Source: a virus (lineage: Duplodnaviria; Caudoviricetes). From it: a stretch of DNA of 64,000 bases. The notes under the pieces were generated by a model, which was given only the letters and a program-made list of their open reading frames with translations, had not been told where the DNA came from and searched no databases. Of the stretch, positions 22,168-31,715 are shown piece by piece; position 1 is the stretch's first letter, and every line of letters starts with the position of its first letter. The translations under genes and the position numbers were made by a program. The stretch lies in IMG/VR virus record IMGVR_UViG_3300050336_000030; one strand, 5' to 3'.

Positions 22168-23916
22168 CTAATTTGAATATAGTTTCGGTTGACGAAAATA
22201 AAGCTGAGTGTTTGTTGAATCAACCTTGCTTGGCTTTTTTAATTTACGTTCAAGTTGGCATTGAACCCAATAATTGTATCCAACACTCGATACTCTGTCT
22301 TTTCTCATTCCTGTTTTTTCATATACTTTAATATTTACTCCTTTTGTTTCATACTCTAAATTTATTAACTCATTAATTAATAATGTAGTATGTATATATG
22401 GTAATTGAAGTTTTATTTTTTCTGTTGCGTTCATTGAGTTATATCCACGAATATCATTGAAATTTTCTTCTGCCTCAAATTCATTTATAAGTAAATTTAT
22501 AGATCCTTGCCTAAATCCTTCACGTAAACCTAAATACATATCATTATTGAATTGAGCAGTAGCTTGAATAGCCCAAATAACTTTAGGAGCCTTTTTATCT
22601 AAACATCTATCTGCAAATACCTGATCATTACAACAACTTAATGGTGGATAAACAATACCAAACAACGGATCTGATATATCTCTACAAAGTGCATCATAAA
22701 TTCCAATACCAATTCCCTTTACATCTAATGCTATATCTGTACATTTAAACTGTTCAAATAATCTTCTTACTATTAAAGCTAATTCACTTGTATGTAATCC
22801 TTCATGATTTTCTGTATATATGAGATTCCCTATGTATTTATTATTTTGAGTTGGTAAAGCACTGTTAATAAATATAGAAGCCGCGTCATTATTTTGTTTT
22901 TTAGATGCTAAAAGAGCAACATCCACCGACAATATTCTTTTTTCTCCATTCGCTAAATCTGGAATTTTTGAACGTTTATCTGTTGCTGAAGTTGGAGGAT
23001 ATATTGCATTTCGCAAATTCCTTTGTTTTGAAATGTCTTCATAGGAGAAGAAAGCCCCATCAGTGTCTCCATACCACAAGCAGCCCATTTCCATATCCCA
23101 AGCCATTTCGCTAAAATCAGCTTCAGACATTTCATCTTCAACTTGCTCACTTGATAATAACCCCTCTTTTATTGATAACTGATATGGCAATCCACATATA
23201 AAATATCTTTTTTTATCATTAACAAGATTAGCGCAATAGGCTTTAGCTTTTTCAAAACTCCAATGACTTTTAAACCAACAACTAGACATATAAATTTCTT
23301 TATTTCTTTCTACTAAATGTTTATATTCTTTTTTGTTTAAAAACTTTGGATTTCTTGGAGCTGTTAAGAATTTTCTTAATACCGTATTGATAACATTTAA
23401 ATCTACCATACGAAATTCATCTGTTATCAAAATATTCGCTCTGGCATGTCTTCCTGAATCTCCTGCGGTTACAACTTTTATCCAAGAACCATTTTTAAAT
23501 TCAATAAATGCTTTATTTTGACCAACACTGTAATCGCTGATTTCAAGCCTTAAATTATCTGAATTTACCATGAGATCTGTTGTAATTTTTTCTAAAACCT
23601 CATTTGCCTGGGAACGATTTTTTGATGCCACACATATTTTGGTTCCTGGATATAAAATACATCTAACGACACAAAATATAGCAGTTAACCACGTTTTTCC
23701 TTGCCCTCTAGCAGCAAGATACATGAAATAATTACTAAGATTCATCATGTAAAGTAGTATTGCTTGAAATAATTTAAGACTTACTCCAAGATAATCTTTT
23801 ACAAACCTGTGAGGATTGGATCTATAAAAGCTACACCATGTGGCTACACCTTCCATAATCTTATTGGATTTATCGTTAGCTACCTCTTTATCGGTACGTT
23901 TATTATTCGTCATCAT
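22168..23916 (-). CDS. Terminase large subunit
   Basis: Walker A AARGQGKT, Walker B LITDEFR, nuclease motifs SVDVA and KDRVSS. Confidence 0.92.
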   Translation of the reverse strand: MMTNNKRTDKEVANDKSNKIMEGVATWCSFYRSNPHRFVKDYLGVSLKLFQAILLYMMNLSNYFMYLAARGQGKTWLTAIFCVVRCILYPGTKICVASKNRSQANEVLEKITTDLMVNSDNLRLEISDYSVGQNKAFIEFKNGSWIKVVTAGDSGRHARANILITDEFRMVDLNVINTVLRKFLTAPRNPKFLNKKEYKHLVERNKEIYMSSCWFKSHWSFEKAKAYCANLVNDKKRYFICGLPYQLSIKEGLLSSEQVEDEMSEADFSEMAWDMEMGCLWYGDTDGAFFSYEDISKQRNLRNAIYPPTSATDKRSKIPDLANGEKRILSVDVALLASKKQNNDAASIFINSALPTQNNKYIGNLIYTENHEGLHTSELALIVRRLFEQFKCTDIALDVKGIGIGIYDALCRDISDPLFGIVYPPLSCCNDQVFADRCLDKKAPKVIWAIQATAQFNNDMYLGLREGFRQGSINLLINEFEAEENFNDIRGYNSMNATEKIKLQLPYIHTTLLINELINLEYETKGVNIKVYEKTGMRKDRVSSVGYNYWVQCQLERKLKKPSKVDSTNTQLYFRQPKLYSN

Positions 23917-24964
23917 TTAATGCACCACCAAACACAGCGTCAAATAATGCTTCATCGTCATCTTCATATTCCGGCTTTTCAACTTTATATTTATTTATTT
24001 CATCTTCATACATTTTCGAATATGAATTCTTTATTCCCATCATTTTACACAAATGTCCAAGAAAATAGACGGTAATATATTTAGCTATACCGTCAACATC
24101 TTTCCATTCTTCACTTGGTTCAGGAATAGGCTTTTCATTTTCCCATTTGCGAATTAATGTACCAAAAGTATTTTGTTCTGCCAATGTATTGTCTTTAGTT
24201 TGTTTAGGTTGTAAATTAGCAGTATTTAAAAGATCTTGTAATGTTTTTATTAAATCTTTTGTAGGCTCATTTTTTCTTTTTGCTTTAGCAATATCTAACT
24301 GAGCAAAACATATTTGTTTAAAAACTTCTTCTTGAGCTTTTGTTGTACATTCATGCCGAGTAGTCCAATCAATATATTCATTTTCTAAAAATTCATAATC
24401 ATCATCTGCAAAACCAGTTCCAAAAAACTTAACTGTTTTTAATTTTGCTTTTTTAGCTTCTTTAACGTCATCTAACGTTTCAATTACATCTTCTCTTTCA
24501 GCTTCTACGCGCTCGGTTATAGTATCTAAATACGTTTTCCCAATCCAAGGCTTAATTTGAACTTTACTTGAATATGTAGATAGTCTGCTCCTGTTTTTAC
24601 TGATATCTTTACTAGCGGCTAATGGAGATTCGTTAAAATATATCCCATACATACAACATATGTGGTCTATTGCCTTTTCTTCATTCCCCATATAAAACTC
24701 AGTAAGTGATTTATATAATTGGTCAGTGCATTTTTTGCATGTTGTTACAAAACCATCATTTCCTTTAAAAGTTTCAAAGTTTGACGGCATAAAATTACCT
24801 TCCTGTTTCGAATATGTATTACCACAGCAAGAACACTTATAAACTCTAGCCGAATTGTCCGTCGATTTTATATCAATATTTACATCTTTGTTTACTTGAG
24901 TCTTTGCACTAACATTTTTAGTAACAGTCTCAAGTTTGGTTGCACGTCCAGCGATAGTGCTCAA
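23903..24964 (-). CDS. Zn-finger protein upstream of TerL (candidate terminase small subunit)
   Basis: CSCC..CKKC; FGTLIRKWENEKPIP; overlaps the TerL start. Confidence 0.55.
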   Translation of the reverse strand: MSTIAGRATKLETVTKNVSAKTQVNKDVNIDIKSTDNSARVYKCSCCGNTYSKQEGNFMPSNFETFKGNDGFVTTCKKCTDQLYKSLTEFYMGNEEKAIDHICCMYGIYFNESPLAASKDISKNRSRLSTYSSKVQIKPWIGKTYLDTITERVEAEREDVIETLDDVKEAKKAKLKTVKFFGTGFADDDYEFLENEYIDWTTRHECTTKAQEEVFKQICFAQLDIAKAKRKNEPTKDLIKTLQDLLNTANLQPKQTKDNTLAEQNTFGTLIRKWENEKPIPEPSEEWKDVDGIAKYITVYFLGHLCKMMGIKNSYSKMYEDEINKYKVEKPEYEDDDEALFDAVFGGALNDDE

Positions 24965-25006
24965 CCCCTTTCATTTATTAATAGTGGAAGAGTAGTAATT
25001 CCACAT

Positions 25007-25037
25007 AAATAAATCCCGTAGCGATGAAACTACGGGA
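25007..25037 (-). terminator. Intrinsic terminator
   Basis: TCCCGTAG/CTACGGGA stem plus T-rich tail. Confidence 0.55.
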
Positions 25038-25087
25038 CTCAATAATATTAAGCACCCAAATCACAAGGTAAAGTGATATCAGATGCT

Positions 25088-25654
25088 TTAATCACACATA
25101 GATTTAATTTGACTAAAATGCATATATGTAATATTACTTAATTTTTTCTTCTTGTCTAGCTCATCTTCAGTTATTCCGATAAGTATTGGATTTTTATAAT
25201 TCTTGCCATATGCTAATAATTGAGTATTTGGATTTTTCTTCTTGATTTTTAATTCCATAATTACTGGTTTATCTGTATTAGTATCTTTTGCTAGAATATC
25301 TATTCTGCCAATAGGTTCAACTGGTACTTCACGTTTGACAAATGTGTAATTTGGAAATATTTTAGTGAAATTATCAACAATATAATCTGACATTTCCTTT
25401 TCTTTTAAATCATTATTTGATGTTCCTAGAAGTCTCATTACTCTTTCTGACATAACAGAATCTTTTAAATATATACATGCTGTTAAATCAAATTTATAAA
25501 GCAATCTCATTGATTCAATTGCTAAATATAAATCATCAAATTCTTCCTTTTCTCTAATGGCTAATTTGATTTTAGAAACTTTTACAAAAAATTTTTCAAA
25601 AGTATTACAATCAAATAATTCTGTTAACATTCTTTCTGCTGTATATTGTCTCAT
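25088..25654 (-). CDS. Protein with a NucS/DUF91-like PD-(D/E)xK endonuclease domain
   Basis: KREV..GRIDILAKD..VIMELK..QLLAY. Confidence 0.7.
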   Translation of the reverse strand: MRQYTAERMLTELFDCNTFEKFFVKVSKIKLAIREKEEFDDLYLAIESMRLLYKFDLTACIYLKDSVMSERVMRLLGTSNNDLKEKEMSDYIVDNFTKIFPNYTFVKREVPVEPIGRIDILAKDTNTDKPVIMELKIKKKNPNTQLLAYGKNYKNPILIGITEDELDKKKKLSNITYMHFSQIKSMCD

Positions 25655-25676
25655 CTTATTACCTCCATATAATAAT

Positions 25677-25754
25677 CTCCAATATTAGTTAAAGTGAGAG
25701 GGTGGTATTGGAGTTTGCCACCCCAAGATAATAGCTAGTTATCTTGTTTCTCAC
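25677..25754 (-). promoter_or_regulatory. Structured 5' leader (three-way junction with possible pseudoknot near the SD)
   Basis: GTGAGA/TCTCAC closes two hairpins; loop CUCCAAUA is complementary to downstream UAUUGGAG. Confidence 0.5.
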
Positions 25755-26029
25755 AGAAATGAAATTATATCCTTTGACAAATATAATTCCTCGTTTTCAA
25801 ACCTCTCACCTTGAATGACCTCTCTGTTATTTGCCGATGTTTCACAACATTAACATAAGGATTAACTTTTGATCCGTAGCATCTACAACCATTTAATAGA
25901 CGGTATTTGCGTTTTGGTAACCCGGTCACGCTCCGCACAATATTCAGTTGTAATAGTGTTTTTAGGCACTAAAAAAGACCATGTGCTGTGACACACATAG
26001 TCTCTAAATTCTCAATAAAAAATCATATT

Positions 26030-26470
26030 TTATTCACCATTTCCAAGACTAAAGGCAATTACAGTACCATCTTTATGCCAATCTTCTTGGAATTTCTTTA
26101 AACTTTGTTTACTATATTCATGTATGTAAACTAAATCCTCACCGAATATCTTAGGTTTCCCATCATCAAAATGAGTTTTATCTATACTTACGAATCCATC
26201 ATTAGTTATGCAAATAGCATAGTCGCCATCTTCGTAATCATGTTCAAAATCTATGTAGCCCATATCAAATGTAAAGCCATCAAAATCCATAAATATAAAA
26301 TATTTAAATAGTTCTTGAACTAATTCTTCATTACATATGATAGCAATAGAAGCAAATTCACTATCTTTATCGTCAGCAATCCTTGCCATTTCGTTTACGC
26401 AGCTCTCAACAAAGAAAGACGGAGAGTAGTATCTTTTTATGTTATATTTATCCATTCTATAGGTATTCAC
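26030..26470 (-). CDS. Hypothetical acidic protein
   Basis: 146 aa ORF; start may be the internal ATG. Confidence 0.6.
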   Translation of the reverse strand: MNTYRMDKYNIKRYYSPSFFVESCVNEMARIADDKDSEFASIAIICNEELVQELFKYFIFMDFDGFTFDMGYIDFEHDYEDGDYAICITNDGFVSIDKTHFDDGKPKIFGEDLVYIHEYSKQSLKKFQEDWHKDGTVIAFSLGNGE

Positions 26471-26474
26471 CTCT

Positions 26475-27683
26475 TTAATTTAATTTAATATTACATGTTG
26501 CTTCACGACCATCTTCTTTATTAAAAATAAATAACGATTGCCCGGCTTTGGAATATAATCTATGTTCATTGGCATAGTCATCTGTTCCTGCTAGTGACCT
26601 AACCAATATACTTTCAATCCCAAACTGTTCAAATTCTTCAAGATGATGTTTATCTGCTGATATAGTATAATCAATTGTAATTCCATATAACTTACTAAAT
26701 ATGGTATTAACTGTAACACCTAAATCTTTAAATTTATCTAAATCACCATGAGTACAACAAATGTTATATCCTAGAACATTTAATTTAATAAATTCTTTAA
26801 ATTCAGCGTATACAATTTCAATATCATTTCTTTCTTTAAATCGTTGTTTCATCCACCAAGGAACAATTTTTTCCATATTATCAGAATGAATACTATCGTT
26901 CTTATTTTGGATCGTTCTAAGATGATTCCCATAAGTGGAATAAACATATGTATTATCAACTTCGTTTGATAAATCATTTATAGCTTCAGCCATAATTTCC
27001 GCAACATGCATCAACTGATCACACGTGTCCTCTTCTGATGCAACTCTAACCCCTGTATGAATTGCACCGTGTGCTGAATCTCCCAAAAGCAACACATGTA
27101 ACTTCTTTGGCTTATATAATTGTAAGTGTTTCTTAGCCTTAGCAACCAACAGTTCAACTCTTTGTTTACAAATTTCTGTATTATATGTATTAAAAATGTT
27201 ATCTGTAACCATACCATAATGCCAATCTGCGAAACAAATAATAGCTTCTCTATTTGTATAATCAATAATAAACTTATCAAATTCTAAAGGCTTTTCCTTA
27301 TTTAATTTGTTAGCAACATATATTAATTCTTCAGATAAGTGATCAGCTCTTGAATCGGACATTAACAGCTTGTTATATTCTCTGCGTTGGTCACGTACCT
27401 GCGTCTTTATCTTATATAATTCATCCTTTTGAACTTGAATTTCTTTGGAATATCCAGCATCAATCATTTTTGAGAACACATTTTCATAATATGTCTTAGC
27501 TTGTTGAAAAGGTTTCCTATAAGCAGAAGAGTTATATGTTTCATCTTCTTCACGTAATTCTCTATTAAAAATGTCAGCAAGTTCTTCCCAAGTCATATCT
27601 AATAACCCCGAATCCTTTGCTGACGCTAAACGCCAAATATATTGATATTCGTTTTCATCCGAATGTCTTTTTAAATCAATTAT
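26475..27683 (-). CDS. Calcineurin-like metallophosphoesterase (position like SPbeta YonJ)
   Basis: DWHYG, GD, GNH, THGD, DKHH motifs. The frame stays open 29 codons above the tracked ATG to an ATA/ATT next to SD GGTGA. Confidence 0.8.
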   Translation of the reverse strand: MIDLKRHSDENEYQYIWRLASAKDSGLLDMTWEELADIFNRELREEDETYNSSAYRKPFQQAKTYYENVFSKMIDAGYSKEIQVQKDELYKIKTQVRDQRREYNKLLMSDSRADHLSEELIYVANKLNKEKPLEFDKFIIDYTNREAIICFADWHYGMVTDNIFNTYNTEICKQRVELLVAKAKKHLQLYKPKKLHVLLLGDSAHGAIHTGVRVASEEDTCDQLMHVAEIMAEAINDLSNEVDNTYVYSTYGNHLRTIQNKNDSIHSDNMEKIVPWWMKQRFKERNDIEIVYAEFKEFIKLNVLGYNICCTHGDLDKFKDLGVTVNTIFSKLYGITIDYTISADKHHLEEFEQFGIESILVRSLAGTDDYANEHRLYSKAGQSLFIFNKEDGREATCNIKLN

Positions 27684-27706
27684 AAGTCACCAGTCCTCTC
27701 TATAAT

Positions 27707-27895
27707 TTATTCGATTGGTTTAATCGTGTCATCCTTTTTAATCGAAAGAGTAATGCCCTCGATTCCATCCCAACGATCAATTAACTCTTGAATGGAATAC
27801 ACATTAGTTTCATCTTTCAAATATTCTGTGATTGTTCCGGCTTCCTTATCTATCTTTGCTTTTGAATATGTTTCACCTAAGTTTTTCTTAGCCAT
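27707..27895 (-). CDS. yonK: YonK-like protein
   Basis: 62 aa MAKK..TITEYLKDETNVYSI..LSIK; synteny with YonJ-like gene. Confidence 0.6.
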   Translation of the reverse strand: MAKKNLGETYSKAKIDKEAGTITEYLKDETNVYSIQELIDRWDGIEGITLSIKKDDTIKPIE

Positions 27896-27940
27896 TTATA
27901 TAAAATCCTCCAATTATTAAATATTTATTAACAATTACTA

Positions 27941-27969
27941 TTGACAATTGTAATTAAATGATATATAGT
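27941..27969 (+). promoter_or_regulatory. sigmaA-type promoter antisense to the late operon
   Basis: TTGACA-17-TATAGT with no plus-strand ORF downstream. Confidence 0.55.
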
Positions 27970-28029
27970 GTAATTAGTGAAAAATTACGAATCGAATGTG
28001 AAATAAAAAAATAATATTATAGTGAATAA

Positions 28030-28275
28030 TTATTCATCGTCGTCATCATAATCATCGCCATAAATGTACTTAACTTCATAATCAGGAGTTGGTTCAGCTG
28101 GCTTGATGAATTCACGTAAAACGGCGGTATCCTTCTGATAATTTAAGAGTTTCTTATTTGGATAAATTTTAAGTAATTCCAACCACGTTAAAACTATCTC
28201 AAATATCTTATCAACCAAAGGAACTATTAGTAAGCCTACGACAATTCCACTAATAATATATTTAGAATTTTTCAT
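28030..28275 (-). CDS. Small membrane protein
   Basis: ATG 28275 after SD AAGGAGG; N-terminal hydrophobic helix and acidic tail. Confidence 0.65.
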   Translation of the reverse strand: MKNSKYIISGIVVGLLIVPLVDKIFEIVLTWLELLKIYPNKKLLNYQKDTAVLREFIKPAEPTPDYEVKYIYGDDYDDDDE

Positions 28276-28288
28276 TACAACCGCCTCC

Positions 28289-29734
28289 TTACAAATGAAC
28301 AACCATATCTTTTGAAGAACACAGAACTCTAGATGTTTTATTCTTCTTATATATGGCATTCTGCATTTCTTTTTGCAGGTCTAATTTTGCCTGTTGAGAA
28401 CCATGAACTAAAATTATCTTCTCTGTATTTAATTCAGATCCTATTTCAACCAATTGATTATGATTAGCATGACTGCTAAAAGTCGAAAGAGTAATGCAAT
28501 CAGCTCTGTTTGGAATGGGTTTTTTATTTATTGTAAGCGTTTTATTATCTTTAAAATTTTTAATCCTATAAGATAAATAAGAACTATCTCCACCAACATA
28601 ACCGGAGAAAATAATCATGTTCTTATCGTCTTTTAAATATTCTTGCAGATAATTAACAACCCTACCATTTGTACAGAATCCCGAAGATGAAATTACTATC
28701 TTAGGATTATCGTCTTTTATGCAAGCTGTTGATTCATCTTTTTCTCTTATGAATTTAACATTTTTCCAGCTGTATACTTTATTCCAAAGATTTAAATTGT
28801 CTCCAGTAATTACTTCTGAATATAAATCACAAATATCACAACTCAATTTTGAATCAACTACTACATCATAATTAAATGATTTATCATCATGATATAATTC
28901 ATAAATAGTAGTTAGTAATTCTTGAGTACGACTAAAACTAAAAGCTGGTAATAGCACTTTTCCTTTGCGTTCCATTACGGTATTTATCGCTACTCGTAAA
29001 TGTTCTATATCAAACTCCCTGGTCTTTTTATTAATTCGTGTTGATTCTCCGTATGTAGATTCTAAAATTGAAATTTTGTTGAAATCTTTGCATATTTCGG
29101 TATTCTCTACATAATGATTATTACTTTTTATAGATCCAATATCGCTTGTATATAAGATAGACGTTTTATCATTATCTCCGTTTAATATTAATTGAAGCTG
29201 TTTTGATCCAACACAATGAGAATTTCTATACCATTTAAAACTTATCACATCATCTAATTTATATAATGTATCGTAATTATCATACTCATATACAAAATCC
29301 AATGCTCTATAAACATCGTCTTCAGTATAGATAGGAGAGTAGTCTCTTCCAAACTTTTTAGACAACATTCTTGCATCACTCTCTAAAATAAAACTGCTAT
29401 TTAATAGCATTGTTTCAAAGAATGCTGCGACTTCATGACAAGTAACGATTTTCCCCTTAAACCCCTCTTTTACTAATCTACATAATAGGCCGGAATGATC
29501 GATGTGTTGATGAAGTACAAAACAATAGTCTAATTCACTTGGAACAAATTTAAATTTAGCCGTATTTATACGATATGACTCCAATATAGAATTTGATTGA
29601 TATAATCCGCATTCTAATAAAATCTGTTTACCATTATATTTAATTAATATTTGACTCCCCGTAACATCATTGGAATTTTCTCCAATAAAATAAATACCAT
29701 CGCCTTTTAACTTTTTCTTGGCAATAATGTTCAC
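28289..29734 (-). CDS. MBL-fold beta-CASP ribonuclease
   Basis: HQHIDH, SHCVGS, YTSDIG, ESTYG, PAFSFSRTQE, SSGFCTNGR, FSSHA, LVHG. Confidence 0.9.
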   Translation of the reverse strand: MNIIAKKKLKGDGIYFIGENSNDVTGSQILIKYNGKQILLECGLYQSNSILESYRINTAKFKFVPSELDYCFVLHQHIDHSGLLCRLVKEGFKGKIVTCHEVAAFFETMLLNSSFILESDARMLSKKFGRDYSPIYTEDDVYRALDFVYEYDNYDTLYKLDDVISFKWYRNSHCVGSKQLQLILNGDNDKTSILYTSDIGSIKSNNHYVENTEICKDFNKISILESTYGESTRINKKTREFDIEHLRVAINTVMERKGKVLLPAFSFSRTQELLTTIYELYHDDKSFNYDVVVDSKLSCDICDLYSEVITGDNLNLWNKVYSWKNVKFIREKDESTACIKDDNPKIVISSSGFCTNGRVVNYLQEYLKDDKNMIIFSGYVGGDSSYLSYRIKNFKDNKTLTINKKPIPNRADCITLSTFSSHANHNQLVEIGSELNTEKIILVHGSQQAKLDLQKEMQNAIYKKNKTSRVLCSSKDMVVHL

Positions 29735-29747
29735 GCGCCTTTCAAGT

Positions 29748-29993
29748 TTATTTTTTATTCCCTTTTTCTTGTTCTTTCTTTGTGTTAAAATAAATCAAAT
29801 AATATTTATCATCACAATCAATTTTATTTTCATAATAATAAGAGAATAAAACCTTTTCACATATCCAATATCTTTTACTTCTACTTCTCTTATCTTTAGA
29901 GGATATATTTGAATCTTTATCTATTCCTTGAATATTCTTTAAATATCCCTCTTTAATTAATATATCTCTTTCGTATTGCGTTATTTGTTTTAT
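29748..29993 (-). CDS. Hypothetical 81-aa protein with ATA start
   Basis: SD AGAAAGGGA then ATA AAA CAA ATA ACG; open frame IKQITQYERDILIKEGY..KGNKK*. Confidence 0.5.
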   Translation of the reverse strand: MKQITQYERDILIKEGYLKNIQGIDKDSNISSKDKRSRSKRYWICEKVLFSYYYENKIDCDDKYYLIYFNTKKEQEKGNKK

Positions 29994-30054
29994 AAAAACC
30001 GTCCCTTTCTAAAATAAATTTATATAATCTCCAAAGTAGGAGAATAATACCATA

Positions 30055-30632
30055 GAAAAAGACTCCCATATTTCAAGGAGTCTATATACTGGTGAGTTAT
30101 ATTCTAAATTAACGTCCCGTAACTCTCGGAAACTAATACAATTAATGATTTGCGCAGCATAGCATGTCTGCTGATAATAATGTTGTACCAATTCTCATAG
30201 AAGAACGAAGTCTTCATGGTTGGGATTTCATACCCTAAGTACATTCTGTTGTGACTTCCATCACGTTTCTTTTATACCATAAATTAATCATCTTATTTGA
30301 AACGGTCTACTCCACAAGATATGTGTATTTTGTACACAGCTTTTTATAGGCTCTGTGCCTAATCGTTAAATTCCATCCGCTATAGAGCATTAGCGAAGAT
30401 TAATATTTTTTAGCCGGTGCTAATCACTTCACCCTCTTTAATGTCTTGGCAATTTATTAATCGGATAGCCACATATAACCGATACTCCCTGTTGGATTTA
30501 GCATAATAAACTTTCTCATTTATAGGCTGAGATACACCTCTTTAATAATCCTCACTTTATGGCAGAGGTTTTCCGATATTAATAGTGAGAGAGTAGGATG
30601 AACGGAGTTTAGATAATCGCGTCCACCCTACT
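30055..30632 (-). ncRNA. Candidate large structured ncRNA ending in an intrinsic terminator
   Basis: No credible gene; many hairpins; long-range UCGGAAA/UUUCCGA helix; several loop-loop complementarities; terminator at 30055-30083. Confidence 0.55.
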
Positions 30633-30776
30633 GAGAGGAGAGTTGTATATTAACGAATTATCGTAAGTATTTTAATAAAAAGTTGATTTTATAACGTTGC
30701 ATATAACTATTATTACATAATAAGAAAAATTATTTGAAATCGATTCATACTAGTAAAATCAATGGTTTGAGATGTT

Positions 30777-31715
30777 TTAACTATTTAAATCATCTGGTAA
30801 AGTTTTATTTTTATGATAATATCTCAGTGCTTTTTCTCTACTTTTTTCTTTTCTATAAATTTCATAGCACTCATCACACCTGGTTTTTGTATTGTTTCTA
30901 GCATCAACTTTAATATTAACACCACAATCTATACACTGAATAGTTTTTGTTTCTTTAGGTTGATATCCCCTGTGTTTAATACAATATTTATATGTACTAT
31001 TTTTATTTTGCTTAAATAGTATTCCACACTCGTCGCATCTATAATAATTTTCTCCTAAATATAATAAGTATTCGTATCCAAGTTCTCTGAAATCGTTTAT
31101 GTATAAAATTGGATCACTTATACTATCTACAAATAATAACTGAATATTCTTATTAGTATTCTTCTTGGATATTGATATTAAAGGATAGTAAGTAATCACA
31201 CCATCATCATTAACATTCTTTAATAAATTTGCATTTAATAATTTGTTTATTAATAGCATTTTATCATTTTTAAACTTTACGCTAACTCTAGCTGATTTAA
31301 AAATTTCTGGCAATTTAGTATTGACCCAATTATTATTACTTTCTGAAGATGCATTATATAGTTTAGCATGACACAACATTGCAAAAACCAATTTTTCTAA
31401 TGTAATATCTTTCAGTGTAGCAATTGTCTCTAATTCTTTTTCTGTAATACCAACATTATCAATTTCCCTCATATCATATTTAGATGATTTCTTTGAGATA
31501 TCTTCAATTATATCTTCCCATAAAACAGAATTATAATTCTTATAGTTATTTCGCATGAATTCATCTAATTTAACATAGGTATCTTTTGAGTCGTATCCAA
31601 TCACTTTGCGATAATATTTTCCAAGCAAAAATAATGTTGCTGACGGTTTTGTCCCGATTTCTCGACTCTCTAATATTTCTTCCGCATATTTCTTTTCGTT
31701 TAATATTATTGACAA
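30777..31715 (-). CDS. Conserved protein with C-terminal Zn fingers, coupled to the RNAP gene
   Basis: CDECG..YC, CIDCG..RCDEC; overlaps the RNAP stop. Confidence 0.65.
   Translation of the reverse strand: MSIILNEKKYAEEILESREIGTKPSATLFLLGKYYRKVIGYDSKDTYVKLDEFMRNNYKNYNSVLWEDIIEDISKKSSKYDMREIDNVGITEKELETIATLKDITLEKLVFAMLCHAKLYNASSESNNNWVNTKLPEIFKSARVSVKFKNDKMLLINKLLNANLLKNVNDDGVITYYPLISISKKNTNKNIQLLFVDSISDPILYINDFRELGYEYLLYLGENYYRCDECGILFKQNKNSTYKYCIKHRGYQPKETKTIQCIDCGVNIKVDARNNTKTRCDECYEIYRKEKSREKALRYYHKNKTLPDDLNS

Noticed and set aside
25740-25760. CUGUGAGAA (minus strand) resembles the start of a hatchet ribozyme
   Set aside because: The rest of the hatchet core is absent; the bases fit the three-way junction better.
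30055-30632. Group I/II intron, RNase P or tmRNA identity for the large ncRNA
   Set aside because: The diagnostic conserved segments were not recognisable by eye and the region does not interrupt a gene.
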